Of a DNA stretch of 64,000 bases, positions 28,021-47,540 are shown one piece after another. The notes under the pieces are model-generated. The model saw only the letters and a program-made list of their open reading frames with translations, had not been told where the DNA came from and did no database searches. The stretch's first letter is position 1, and each line of letters opens with the position of its first letter. The stretch lies in the NCBI RefSeq assembly GCF_009914755.1, contig NC_060928.1; one strand, 5' to 3'. The translations under genes were made by a program, and so were the position numbers. This DNA comes from the human T2T-CHM13v2.0 reference genome, Homo sapiens.

Positions 28021-29656
28021 GATAGATTACTTAAAAACATTTTTAATTGATTCAGAGGGAATATTTTACTGATTATTAGATTGAAGCTCTGTAGACTTCC
28101 CAGCTAATTGTGTAAATCATATTTTTTTTAATGTATTGATACTTAGGTTTTCCCCTGGGGGCAAAAGGAATGCATTCATTTTGAATAGTATATTTTTTAA
28201 TCTTTTTGCATAAACTAAAGCAATATGTCATTTTAAAAAAGATTTCCATTCTTTTGGCAAGGAGCTTCTCCATGTGTTGGTTTTGTTGAACCTGGATGTA
28301 ACATCTGGAATTGATGCAGCCACTTTGTGCCATGAGTGAATCTAGCCTGAGGACAATTTCCTAAGGCAGGAAGGGGCCGCCTTTTACATTATCCCTGTTT
28401 TAAGAGCTAAAGTAAAAAAGTTCTTTCCCAGACCCCAATTCCTTAGAAAAGTGAAATTCTCATGGTTGGCTTAAGAAAATAAAGATTTCCCCACCAAGAG
28501 TCTTGGAATATGGAAGAAGTTGAATATTCAAATGAATAGGGTCTATTAGAATGGTGGAAGTGCACAAATGGCTCTTGGGTGGGCAACAGGATCTGCTCTG
28601 TGGCCACATTCTATGTCCAAAGCACCAGCAGCACCAAGGCTGACCACCCACAGGGACTACCAAGAGGCACCTGCCCACCACCAGCACCTAAGTCAATGAA
28701 ATGAAAAGACTAGGAGAGGTGAGAGAGCTTTGGGAGACTGCCAGGTGTATAAGAGAATCCCTGCCCTCTCATTTCTCTTCGGAACTTTGGCAAGCCACTA
28801 AAGCAGCAGAGTGCTTGATGTCATTGGAGCTTGGAGAAGGGGAGACAGGAAGACAAGAAGCTGAGAAAAGGGAACCATTGAGTCAGCCTGTTTTTCTACT
28901 GTCTGGCAAAGCAAGTCTTCTGTGGGTCATGTGGACACTGCGGGAGATGACCAGGCTTGCCTGTCTTGACAGTATACTGCCTCCAAAGGACTGGCATGGA
29001 GCAAGGGGATCCCAGCAACAAGGGGCTGTGGAATATGCTCCTGTGGTAGCAGCTGAAGATTTGCGGAAGCCGTTGGTTCAGAATCGAGTCTGCCATATTA
29101 GTTTGCACTGTATTAGGGAGACTCTGCAGAGAGATTCAGCCACATCCATAGAGTTAACAGAGAGCAGTGGGGAGTAACAGGGCTGGATAGTGCCTGTCGT
29201 CTTGCCATGAAAGATAACCATTCCATCCCCAATCCCTTCGTCCCTTTCAGAGCCTGGAAGAGGGAAGGGGAAGTATAGAACAACCAGACTATGCTTTTCT
29301 CACCCACTCCAAGCCTCTATAGTCAAAGTTTTCATCTATGTTAGCTGGAAGAGAGAAGAGCTTTGAATCAAACATTGAAATTTATTCAACAAAGAAATAA
29401 GACTATTTGAATAACAAAAAGTGACAAAAAGATGTTATGGAATCTGGAAGATGCCTCATGAGAGATGCTACACCACCAGAAAGGGAGAGGCAATATAGTA
29501 GAGTGGCAGGTTATTGCGGAAAACTTTTCTTCGTTATACACTAACACATTGAGACTCCATAGTGAACACATTCTACAGAAGGAAGGTGAGGTGTCGCCCA
29601 ACTCTAAGCTTTGAAAATATTCATGTCCCATTTTTGGCCTAGCCCCAACACAATGA

Positions 29657-29946
29657 TTTTTTTTTTTCTTTGAGATGGAGTCTCACCCAGGCTGGAGTAC
29701 AATGGCATGATCTCGGCTCCCTGCAACCTCTGCCTCCCGAGTTCAAGTGATTTTTCCTGCCTTAGCCTCCATAGTAACTGGGATTACAGGCACCTGCCAC
29801 TATGCCCGACTAATTTTTGTATTTTTAGTAGAGCCAGGGTTTCACCATATTGGCCAGGCTGGTCTTGAACTCCTGACCTCAGGTGATCCACCTGCCTCAG
29901 CCTCCCAAAATGCAGAGATTACAGGCATGAGCCACCGCACCCGGCC
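29657..29946 (-). mobile_element. AluS
   Basis: Reverse Alu; TSD agccccaacac at 29641 and 29947. Confidence 0.95.
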
Positions 29947-30039
29947 AGCCCCAACACTATTACTGAAGGTAAATAAAAATGGAGTCTTAGGAGTAGAGCT
30001 AGAGGAAAAAAAACATTAACAATATCTAGGTACTGCCAA

Positions 30040-30365
30040 TGAACCTTCCTTGGTATCCGTGAGGATTGGTTGCAAGACTCCCGTGTATACCAGAATCTAT
30101 AGATGCTCAAGTCTCTGATATAAAATGGGGTAGTATTTGCATATAACCTGTGCACATCCTCCTGTATACTTTAAATCATCTCTAGATTACTTATAATACC
30201 TAATACAATGTAAACACTATGTAAATAGTTATATTGTTTAGGGAATAATGACAAGAAAAAAATCTGTACATGTTCAGAACAGACATGGTCCTTTTTAAAA
30301 TATTTTTGATTCACAGTTGGTTGGATCCACAGATGTGAAACCCTATGGATAAGGAAGGCCGACTG
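30040..30365. mobile_element. MER2 (Tigger family) DNA transposon
   Basis: CCTTGGTATCCGTG..GATGCTCAAGTC..GGATAAGGAAGGCCGACTG|TA. Confidence 0.82.
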
Positions 30366-30589
30366 TATTCATTTGGAACGTAAATTGGAGTACTTGGAGA
30401 AGATATTCAACCTGTGAACTTCAGGCCCCTAGTGGTGGTCAAAGTGATTGCAAAGAGTCCTCAACCCCATCTGTGAGAACTGGGGTGGACAGCAAAGGGA
30501 TGAGGCAGCAGAGGAAGTTGGAGAGAGCACCAGGATCCACTAAGGACTTCTCCACACAGGGGATAGTGGGAAGCCTTTGCAGCACAGCA

Positions 30590-31170
30590 AAGACACAAAC
30601 AGCTTTGTGTTTTGAGAAGATGGTTCTGGCTGCAGTGTGGAAAGTGGATTGGGATTGGGGATGGGAAAAGAGCAGTTAGCAAGCTATTGAAGTAGTTGGA
30701 CAATGGTGGCTGGGAATAGTTTCTAGCAGTGAAACGGGAGGAAAGTGGAGAAAGTCAGGCTATTTTAAGATATACAAGTGCCAGCTCTTAGAGACCAAAT
30801 AGATATGGGGATTAAAGGCGATGAAGGAGTTCAAGATAACTTCCCTGGTTTTTAAGCAAATTTTTGAGCAACTGGGTGAATGATGATACCATTTACTAAG
30901 ACTTGGAATATTGGAGATAGAGCAGGTTTTGAGGACACTAAGTTCAGTTTGGGGATAATATGATTAGTGAGAAGTATCTAGGAGGCCTCTATGAAGAAAT
31001 GACCAGTAATTAGGCTATTGAATAGATACCAATGTGAGAGGACTTACATGTAAACTTGAAGGACTGGGAAGAGACACACACCCCTAGGGAGAGAGTACAC
31101 AGTGAGAGGAGCGGAATAGCTAGTTAGATGAAGAAGAGAAAAGAGCAAAGCAATATGACACTGAGAAGAT
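30590..31170 (-). mobile_element. L2 fragment
   Basis: CTGGCTGCAGTGTGGA..GAGCAACTGGGTGAATG..AAGTTCAGTTT. Confidence 0.6.
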
Positions 31171-31897
31171 TACTTGGGGGCACCTGAGGTTTGCAGATTA
31201 GCTGATATCAAGGGAACAAAGTGATATGCCAAAAACTTTCAAAATTGCATAAGGGTTCTCTTGCTGGAAAATGAAACTATTGACTTTTATTTATAATGTC
31301 CAGGTCTTCATTGATGGTTATAACATAAATATATGCCGAATGAGAAAAGTAGATGATGACTTATTATCTACATGACATATGATTATATATGATGACATAT
31401 GATTACATTATAGCGTCAGTAGAGGAGAAACAAGATGAGTATTTTGCTAATGCTCACTGCATGCACTATGCTTTAAAAGCAAAAGCACAATTGCTTGATC
31501 ACTTTGACATTGGTATGTGGTGGCCTCACTGTTCTCAGAAATCTTTCTAATCACAGAAGGTACAAGCCCAGCCACTGCTGAGGCCGAATGTGATCTCATG
31601 CCAGAGGACCAATATGCAATCTGATTTTGCAACCTCAGGAATAAGGAGTTGGATTTGGGCAAGAATTTGTTGGACTATTTCAGATTTTTAGGGGTTTTTC
31701 TCCCCTCCTTCATGAATATTTCAGCCTAATCAAAAAAATCTCAAACCTCACAATATTTTTAAAGCAATAAGTCAAATCAAATAAATGATTTGAATGTTGA
31801 AATAATGCAACACACCCCTTCTGGTCAGCACACAGGCAGGGTCTTCTTTACCTGAGGACAGACCTTTTCCTTCCCGCAAACTGTTTCTGTAAGTAAT

Positions 31898-31914
31898 GCT
31901 GCCACCTAGCAGTC
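31898..31914 (-). promoter_or_regulatory. Candidate CTCF motif
   Basis: Minus strand reads ACTGCTAGGTGGCAGC, close to the CCASYAGRKGGCRS consensus. Confidence 0.4.
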
Positions 31915-34879
31915 TCTTGGGGAATCACCACCCTACAAGGTAATAGCTTTCGGTACACACGTTTTAGGTTTGTGGTGGCTTCCCTGCATTTAAGTTGGGT
32001 TTAAACAACACTTGAAATATGAATTTAATTACCTTTGAAAAATGTCTTTTCTGCAGGTATAGGTCTTGAAATCATGGTGTGGCAAAAAATAGGCTGTTGA
32101 AAGCAGCTCGCTCAAGATGAAAATGATGGCAAAATGCACAGGATTTGCACTGTCCAAACTCATCCAATTGCAGACACTGAATATGTGCAGTTCTTTTTAT
32201 ATAAATTATTCCTCAATAAAGCTGTTTAAAAAATGGTAAAATAAAAAGAAAATGATGAAAAAAAATAAAACACCCCCTGTGTAAAACTTCAGTACATTTG
32301 TATGAAATAACAAACCTCTACAAGTAACTTGTGAGGAGAGTAGGTAAAAACAAAGTGTGGATGATCAGCGTCAAAGAAGAACAGCTCTTTAACCAGAGAA
32401 CTCTGGAGTCATAATCTCAAAGTATCACCTATGTGCCTACTGGAAACCTAAATGCTGTGACATTTTAATTCACAGCAGGAGCTTCACTTGCAAACTAAGC
32501 AAAGTTACTTTTTCATGTACTTCACGTTTTTGTGTTTTCACAAAGGTTAAAAAGAAACAGCTAACAGTTATTGAAGTGTTTGCTATTTGCCCAACACTGA
32601 GTAAAACACTTTCCAAGCACTGTTATGTAACCTACACAATCCCCTGAGATGATGTTACTGATACTGGTGGCCTGGGGAAGTTAACAAGGCAAATAAGTGT
32701 TGGAGTCGGGATACAAACCGAGCCAGTCTGATTTCAGAGCCTGAGCTCTCACCTCCAAGGTTATAATACTTTTCTATTGTGCTGAAAGTTATGTGGGAGC
32801 AAACAGATGTCAGATGTTCAGCAGGTTAAAACATGTGTTAACAGGATACAGTAAGTTTCTGTTTTCTAGTTGAGTGGCATGAAAGAAAATGTTCTCAATT
32901 GTATCACAGTGACATTTGTCCTATCTCTTACTACAAACTACTTTATTTAATCACTGTGAAACTCTACCGTTAACTCTCTGTTTAATACCTGTTGACTACC
33001 TAGATTGTCAGATACTTTGTCCAATTATGCCATCTCACTGTTTTAGTGACATTTCACTTTTTGATATCTTGAGAGAGAGTTTCCTTCTTGTCACTGCTCT
33101 GCATTTAGATGTCAGTGAGTACTGACATCTACAGTGGATGTGTCCTGTCCACTTTTACTAAAATAAGGTATCTATGCATCATTTTCTGAGGAAATGTCTT
33201 GTCCAAACATATCTCTGAAGATAATTTGAATGTGCATAATATCTTTATCCAGAAATAGCATGCCACAGCAAACTATGCAGCTTATGTTAGACCAGGCCCA
33301 TGCATTCAAACCACCTGAGAATCTCGTTGAATGCAGGACCTGAGATTCTACATTTTAAACTAGCTCTCGGGTGAAGTTAATGATGCCAGTCCTTGGATCA
33401 CAATTTAAGTACCAAGGTTCTAAATTACCCAGTTATGCTTGGGTCTGGAAAGAAAATCTGATTCGATTCCAAAGTGAAGCAAAAAAAAAACTTCCCTATA
33501 ATTTTCTCATTTTATGTATCTGATGATAAAAATCAGGTTTGATATAAACCAAGTTATGTATTTTTATGTTTCTAAACAAGGGTATCTATAAAATCTATTT
33601 TAAAAATAAATTGTTTCCATTTGAGTTTTAAATCTATTTGTTTAAATATTTTTTCTTCTTGTCATCAGAGTTTTTGAAATTTATACCTCTACCATAAGAT
33701 ATCATGTAGTGTTGGACTTGAAACTTCTAGAATCATCTGGCTATCAGAGAGCTGCCCAACCTCCAGCCCCATCTTAGGGCAGACATGAATAAGGCTTCTT
33801 TGGTCTAAATAAGCTAAATCCAGAGCTCTGGGCATTAAAGAAACTGAAGTCAGATTTTAGAATTGTTCTGCAATTAGTTCCTTGACCTGGTGGTCCTATT
33901 TTTAATAGCAGCCAATTTAGGAGTTTCCTAGGTTTATTCAGAGCTCTCTTTCAGGTAACTTTGTCCCTATACTCTTCCCGTTCTTGTCAGTATCACTCAT
34001 TTTTTTGCTCTCACAAGAAAATATATAGTACTTAGAGGTAAATGTAAAACTTCTATACTTGGGTCTCAAGATCATATCACAAAAGAGTGAAATGAATTAG
34101 ACACTGTAAGAAATTGACCATTCAAAAACAGGAATGTTATTGCCTACCAACTCAATATAAGTGACTAGAATAATGTTATTCAGTCTAGGAATCTATTAAT
34201 AGAAGAATAGTGCTAGGACAAAGGAGGTAATGGGCTTCCTCTAGCTTGTACTGGCAAAGCCATAATTGAGGTAATACAATGTTCAGATGTATGCATTTAA
34301 GTGTATGCGTGTCTGTGGCTGTGAGTCAGAGAGTGTGATGGAGAGGCAAAAGGGAAGGTAGTTATAATTTATGAGGAACAATGGAAAAGATCAACAGGTT
34401 TCAAAAAGGTAAACCAAGATGGTGAGAGAGTTTCAAACTGTTATCAATTCAAAGAAATAGGAGTATTTACTTTTGAAGTGGGTTTTGGAGTGGAAGTTAG
34501 TAAGATCTTTTATGGATGGATGGACAGATGGATGGATGGGGGTGGTGGATGGATTGAAGAGTTAAATCCCTAAACACCTCACTTTGAGAAATGTAGAAGC
34601 AATGGAGCAGTTTTTTCCCAAACAGATTAGATAGTCAGACAGACAGGCAGGCTATTTATTGAATACATTCTACATGCCAGTATTTGGCCGAACCCTCTAC
34701 ATATACCAGGTGCTTTCTTCTCCAAACAACCCTTTGGAATTCCTATTATCCTCATGTGGAAAGTGGTAAATATGAGGCATAGAGAAATTAAGTGACCTGT
34801 CCAAAGTCATTGCCAGGCTGAGCTCAGACTTTGTGCTGTTAACCTCTAGTTTATAACCCTGAGTGACACTCAAAGGTGG

Positions 34880-35278
34880 CCTACTCAACTCTCTCTTAAA
34901 GAAATAACTTGCTGGCCAGCGGCAAGGAGTGCAGTTAGCTGACAGCCTCTACTGATAACCTCCTCGGGCTCTGCTTCAGCTTTCAACCAGAGACCATGTT
35001 GTTTCTGAGGAGGCCCAGCTAAGGACCGAGCACGGTTGGGGTAGAAGAGTCTGAACATTTCTGCCCACCATGGGCCCCTCTAATAAACAGTCTTTCCTCT
35101 GGAGCTCCCCACTGAGCTGTTGTAGACTTCACCAGATCAGCATTGCAATCTGAGGCTCCCCCTGCCCAATTCAGCCTCCTTCCTCCTTCTGTCTATCGCA
35201 GGAGTTGTTCTGAATAACCTTCTTTTACTCCAATGTCCATCTCAGCATCTGCTTTGCAGAGGACACAACTGGCACACC
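34880..35278 (+). mobile_element. LTR16-like ERVL LTR
   Basis: GCAGTTAGCTGACAGCCT..GGAGCTCCCCACTG..CAGCATCTGCTTTGCAGAGGACAC. Confidence 0.6.
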
Positions 35279-35330
35279 CTGCCTTCATATATTTGGATTG
35301 CCATCATATAGAAGACTGTTTAGAATTGTT

Positions 35331-35387
35331 TTGTGTTGTGATAAGGGGTTGAATTAGGACAAAATTCAACCCCTTATCACAACACAA
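35331..35387. repeat. Perfect inverted repeat, 25-bp arms and 7-nt spacer
   Basis: TTGTGTTGTGATAAGGGGTTGAATT-aggacaa-AATTCAACCCCTTATCACAACACAA. Confidence 0.95.
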
Positions 35388-36622
35388 GCATAAACAAACT
35401 GCTAGGGAAGCAGCTTTCACATATACATAAGGAAGAACATCGTAACAACTAGAAGTGCCAAACAATAGAATAACCTGCCTCAAGATCAATGAGTGCCCTG
35501 TCACTGCGTTCAGGCTGACTGGAGAACTGCTTTTGTGTGAAGGTTGTGTGGCATTACCACTCCTCCACTTCTACCCCCATGAATACTGAGGCACCTGGGA
35601 TGCTAAACATCCACAATGCTAATTGATTAGCAAAAACCAAATTGTTTAGGAAATCGCGCCAGGAAGCCCAAACCTCTGATTTCTTAGCAGATCAGTGGGT
35701 CTGGTTTGATACATCATCCTTGTCCACTTCCAGGGCAGTTTAGTGGTACTCTAGGCCAGACTAGCCAGTCTACATACTTTTTTTTTAATCAAAGAGCTTC
35801 TAGAAAATGGGATAAGCTGTGGGCTGATTGTCCCCATGGACTAGTTGGTGGGATCAAAACCTAACTTCACATATGTTTATGTCAGACTGTAATATGGGGT
35901 TCACCCTCTAATGCAGTTCTAATGACTCCCTCCCCTGCCACATGGTTCTCAAGCTCATGGACTTGCACACGACAGCCAGAGAGATTCTCTTCCTCAAGGC
36001 TGTTGTCTCCCTCCCTTCATGCAGACACAGGCACACAAAGCAGGGGACTCCTACTGCCCCCTTCTAAGAATTCCATGATGGTCAGATTATATAAGTAATC
36101 ATATATTTCAGATAGCAAAATAAGAGATGGAAAAGACTGGTAGGAAAATCAATAGCATAATCAGCGTTAGGATCTGTATATAAAGAGACATTCATTTGCT
36201 GTGCAAATATTTACTGAGCACCTACCAAAGGCCGGAATCCCTTCCACATGCTAGGGACGTGATGCGCTCGACGGAGTCCCCAATGTCATGGAGTATATAT
36301 CTAATGCCACTGAGAAACCTGGCTCACCCTGCACTGAGAGAAGCACTCAAAACCACCATCACCAATAGCGCTACTAAAGACAGTGCTTTGGAGCTTCCAA
36401 GCTGATAGATTATCCTTTCTCCCCACCCTCAGATTTCTCCAGTGTCTCTGGCACTTATAGTCCATGTTTGCAAGAAATATTTTATTATAGTGCTCTGAAA
36501 CAAATTTATAAAGTTTGCAAGAGAAGTTTTAAAAAAGCAAGCTCAGCAATATTTGGGGGCTTTTAAAGCTGATGATGCAGCTGACCTACTGGAGACAAAG
36601 GCAGTGGGAGGGCCCTTACTGG

Positions 36623-36630
36623 TATAAATA
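36623..36630 (+). promoter_or_regulatory. TATA box of the proximal CXCL13 promoter
   Basis: TATAAATA about 80 nt upstream of the ATG, typical spacing for a chemokine promoter. Confidence 0.85.
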
Positions 36631-36703
36631 AATAGGAGTCTCTGGTACTGCAAACCCACAGCCTGGACTCAGAGCTCAAGTCTGAACTCTACCTCCAGAC
36701 AGA

Positions 36704-42954
<6,251 letters not shown>

Positions 42955-44607
42955 TAGACATTCTCTGATTCTTAAAATAGGATTTTATGAGGTTAATTTT
43001 TCTTTGTATCTCATTTGCCTTTTACAGATGATCTAAAATCATTTGGCAAAGGATGAGTGAAGTTATTCCTGATATTAACACAGTGGGAAATATTTGGCTA
43101 TGAGGGCCTCTTCCCCCTAGTGTTACCTACCGCATACTAACCGTGATTTCCTCCAGACTTCAAACACTTATCAAACCCATTTTCACTGTGTCATATTGAC
43201 TCTTAAAGTCACTAATGTTTCATCTGACAGTTTTGCATTGAGTTTGACCAACAGACAAAGAAGACACTTGAACTCTGGTCCCTATCTGCCCCTGGCATCA
43301 GCCTGGATATCCTACCCACCACACCACTAAGCTCCACTGTGTGTTCCTCTCCCCACCCCACCCCGCTACTGCTTAACAACTGCTTTGGGGGGTCTGCTCC
43401 CAGTTCACCCAGGTTTTAAGCTATCTCTGACTCCCTCTTTCACTTTTCTTTTTATTTTTAAATTTATTTTTATGTTATTAAATTCTTTCTTGGGAGAAAA
43501 TTAAAAGCACCCGTAATTACTATATTTTCTCTTGTCTACAATTCAATGTCTTTTAAATTACAAATACACACACGCACACATAGAGGGCTGATAAAATGTC
43601 ATCAAGATCCTGCCTTGTAGCGTTTTTCAGATTCCAGTGTTTAGAGATCAGGAATCACTTCATTCTTTAATTCGATTTTGGTCTCCTTTGGTAGTTAGAC
43701 AAATATTCAGAAGTCTCAAATAAGAAACACCACTATTTCTCGTGAAGTATCTACTATTATCACCCCTGCTTGGGACACAGTGGTTAAGTCATTTGCTCAT
43801 GAGACTCCATCTCTACAGAAATAAAAACTAGCTGGGCATGGAGGTGTGCACCTGTAGTCCCAGCTACTCAGGAGGCTGAGGAGGGAGGCTTGCTTGAGCC
43901 CAGGAGGTCAAGGCTGCAGCTACTAAATGACAAGCCAGCATTCAAATTCAGCCAGTGCGGAACCAGAATCCATGTGCCTAACTATTGTACTGTGCTGACT
44001 CTATAGAAGGTTGGTATCATCAGTAGAAACTGAGGCATGTACTTGCCCCAAATCGTATAACTAGAAAAGACAAATCAGAACTCAAACCCAGGGCCATCTG
44101 ACTCCTAAGCAAATGCTGTTAATCACTTCACTAGACTGCCTCAAGTTTTCCCTTCCCTAAACATATTTCTTACTTCAACTTCTTTGGCCACTATCCTTTT
44201 CAGGGCCAATCAAAGCCAGGGGAAGGGTGGGAGCTCCAGGACGTTCAGGCTTCCGCTGGATTGAGACGTTCATCCTGTGTTGTCCAATCCCAGGGGGATC
44301 TGGGCAGCTGGTGGGTGGCGTGAAGGCAGTGGGCCAATGTGGAAAGCGAAACAAAAGCAGGGCCAGTGAGGGTTTCTAAACTCGCTTTTCTTACCACACA
44401 GGCATGCATTCCTCAAAAGTCGGAGTGGATTTGGGGATGTTCAGCCTGGTCTGAGACAGAGAGCTGAACTCATAGATGCAGGAAACTTGTGAACCAGTTC
44501 CTGGAGTGTCTGAGGAAAGGCGGGCTATTGCAGATCTGAGTGGGTTTGGGTCTGGAAAGAAAGACTTGTGGAAGAGTAGGGCAGTGCAGTATTCATGCGA
44601 TAAATGA

Positions 44608-44611
<4 letters not shown>

Positions 44612-44652
<41 letters not shown>
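44612..44652. repeat. (AC)n microsatellite, about 20 units
   Basis: Direct reading. Confidence 0.97.
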
Positions 44653-44653
<1 letters not shown>

Positions 44654-44929
44654 GTTAATCAAAAATCAAAGTAAAATAGAGTTGAATGGAAAATATAAGG
44701 TAATGCTGGCCAAAACAGGATGTTCAACACTGAGAAACTGAATGAAGGAGGTGCATGGGCCAAGCAGCACAGGGATCTCCTAGTAGCAGAATGCAGGGGA
44801 CCTGTAACAAACCCATCAATAGTGCTGCTCAAACCCATCCACCCAACCAGCAGAGGCCCAGGAAGAAAAGATTCTGCTTCTCCAACAGAAGGGCTCAGCC
44901 TTGGCCTTACTTTGAGGGGGAAAAAAAAA

Positions 44930-45180
44930 TCCACCAAAATAACAATACAATAATTTAAAAATATACATTCTAAAAATACAGCATAACAACTATTTACATA
45001 GAATTTATATTGTAATTTAAAGATGATTTAAAGTACAGTACACAGCAGAGTGTGCATAGGCCATATGCAAATACTGTTCTTTTATATAAGGGACTTGAGC
45101 ATTCTCAGATGTTGGTGTCCTCTGGGGTTTTGGGGAAGGGGCTGGAACCAATCCCCTGAAGATACCAAGAGATAACTATA
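44930..45180. mobile_element. Tigger/MER2-family fragment
   Basis: ATAACAACTATTTACATAG..ATATAAGGGACTTGAGCAT..GGAACCAATCCCC..GATACC. Confidence 0.7.
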
Positions 45181-45935
45181 TTTGGTCTTTGTCCCAGGTT
45201 CCTAGTACAGAGCTCCTAAAACCCTTGGAATTCCCTGAGTGATGCGAGTGTCTCGTTATTCACAATGAGCCCCTTTTAACCATATCTGAGTTTGTGGCAA
45301 TGAGGTGACTATTGGCAGGCCCTGGGATAGCCTTAGGATGGGGGTTGGCAGGCAGAAGAACCAACCATGTGATTAGAGGGTTGGACCTTTTGTCCCACCC
45401 TCCCCACCACCTCTAGAGAGAGGAAAGGGGCTAGAAATTGAGTTTATTACCAATGGACAATAATTTAATCAATCATGCCTGTGTAATGAAAACTGATATA
45501 AAAACCCCCAAACAATAAGGTTCAGAGAAATTCCAGAACATCGAGGTAGGGGGGCGGTGGTGAGCTGGAGCAGGCATGGAAGGAAGCTCTGTGCCCCTCT
45601 CTCCTCACCCTGCCCTGTGCATCTCTTCCATTTGTTCCTGAGTTGTATCTTTTATAATACCCTGGAAATAGTACTACTTTCCTGGGTTCTGGGAGTCATT
45701 ATAGCAAATTATCAAACCTGAGGAGGGTGACCTAGGAACCCTTAAGTTTGTGGTTGGCTGGGCAGAAAGGAAGATAGCCTGGGCACCCTATGTGCAGCTG
45801 GCATCTGTGGGACTGAGCCTTTAACCTGTGGGGTCTACACTAAGTACAGATAGTATTATAACTGAATTGAATTGCTGGATACCCAGTTGGTGTAAGAGAA
45901 TCACAGAATTGGAGATTTGGTTGGTGTCAGTAAAC
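45181..45935 (+). mobile_element. MER21-like LTR
   Basis: TTTGGTCTTTGTCCCAGGTTCC..AGAGCTCCTAAAACCCTTGGAATT..ACCCAGTTGGTGT. Confidence 0.7.
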
Positions 45936-46069
45936 ACTTGAGGCAAAAAAAAAAAAAAGGGAAAAAACCTCTCCCAAAACCTCCAGGTGATTTCGGTGTT
46001 CTAAAATTGGAACGCATAGTTCAGCCAGCACAGAATATTAAAGTCATCAAGGGAGCTCGCTTTTCTTAT

Positions 46070-46740
46070 GTCAGGTTAATTAAGTTATAGTTTACAGACA
46101 GTAAAATTGACCCTGTCTAAGTGTTCAATTCAGTGAGTTAGCAGGAACAGCCCCAGCCCCTGTTCTGTTATTATACTTCTGCCTTTTCCAGCCTGTCCTA
46201 TAAATGGTACGGCCTTTTGTCTGGCTGCTTTCACTTTGCATAATGGTTTTGAGATTCATCATCTTGTTGAATGTATTACTAGCTTCTTCCTTGTTGTTAC
46301 TATTATTTCATTGTATGGACATACAACAACTTGTTTATTCACTTACCAGTTGATGGACCGTTGAGTTGTTTCCAGTTTGGGGATATTATGATTAAAACTG
46401 CTGTTAACATTTACTACAAGTCTTTGTGGGAACATACGTTTTGGTTTCTCTTGGATTAATACCTGCAAGTGGACATGCTGGGTCATGTGGCAGGTGGATG
46501 TTTAACTTTATAAGAAGCTGCTAAACTGTTTTCCAAAGTAAATGTACCATTTTGCATTCCCATCAGCAATATGTGAGAGTTCCAGTTGCTTCACATCTTC
46601 ACCAGCCCTTGGTATTATCGGTCTTTTAAATTTTAGACATTTTAGTGGGTGTTTAATCTCTTGTGGTCCTAATCTGTATTTCTCTAATGGTTAATGATGC
46701 TGAATAGTTTTCATGTGTTTGTTTAAGATCTTTGTATCTA
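46070..46740 (-). mobile_element. Old L1M fragment
   Basis: TTTTGAGATTCATC..GTTGTTTCCAGTTTGG..ACCATTTTGCATTCCCATCAGCA. Confidence 0.78.
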
Positions 46741-46799
46741 CATTACAAATCTGTCTTACTTGCCCCCACCTTCTGGGTGGGTGGGAAGGAGCTCTATCC

Positions 46800-47540
46800 C
46801 ATTCCATCCAAATGACTCTGCTATATTTCCACTTTGGATTTTGCAAAGGTACCTCAAACTCAATGTCAAGGACCAAAATTCATGATCCAATTCCAATCTG
46901 GTCCAATTCCAGTATTTCCTACATCTGTGAAAGCTCCACAATTTGTTTCATTATGCAAGATGGAAAACTAGGACTCGTTTCAAAATTTATTTTCTATCAC
47001 CACCAGTTCTGTATCCAATCCATAGCAAAACATCATTGATCCGTTTCCCTAAATATCTTCCTAATTCGTACACAACTCTCCATCTTTACTACCTCCCTAT
47101 GCCAACCAAGATGCCATCAAGTCTCACCTGGACTGATTAAATAGCTTAAAAAGTAGCTACCCTCCCCCACCCCCCTGACTTCCCTCCATAAAGCAGCTAA
47201 GGTGATCCATTCAAAATGCAAGTCTGACAATGTCACACTTCTTCCAGTTCCAAGCTCAATGGTCCCTTCCTCAGGACAGCCTTCCGTGCCTAGGTTAATC
47301 TCCTTGTGATAAGCTGTCATGTAACTCTTTCTTTTCCTCGAAAGCACTTACCTCAGTCACTAATAATACCATTGTTAGCGTGACTATTGGTCGTCCGTCT
47401 CCAATTAGGATATTAACTTCATAAGGGCCAGAACTGTGCCTGGTTTTGCTCACCCTCAGATCCTTAGCATTGATTATGGCCTGGCACATGGTGGGAGTTC
47501 AAGTATTTTTTGGATAAATATATGAGTGAATAAATGAATA
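46800..47540 (+). mobile_element. L2 fragment with 3' end
   Basis: CCTCAAACTCAA..TCTCACCTGGACT..CCTGGCACATGGTGG..GAATAAATGAAT. Confidence 0.7.

Noticed and set aside
28701-29177. 158-aa ATG-initiated ORF
   Set aside because: No recognisable domain or splice context; purine-rich sequence resembling an ancient LTR, probably a chance ORF.
30421-30440. CTCF-like CCACTAGGGGCC on the minus strand
   Set aside because: One G short in the core, so the register does not fit the consensus.
31370-31410. Short tandem duplication ATGACATATGATTA
   Set aside because: Ordinary slippage in AT-rich DNA.
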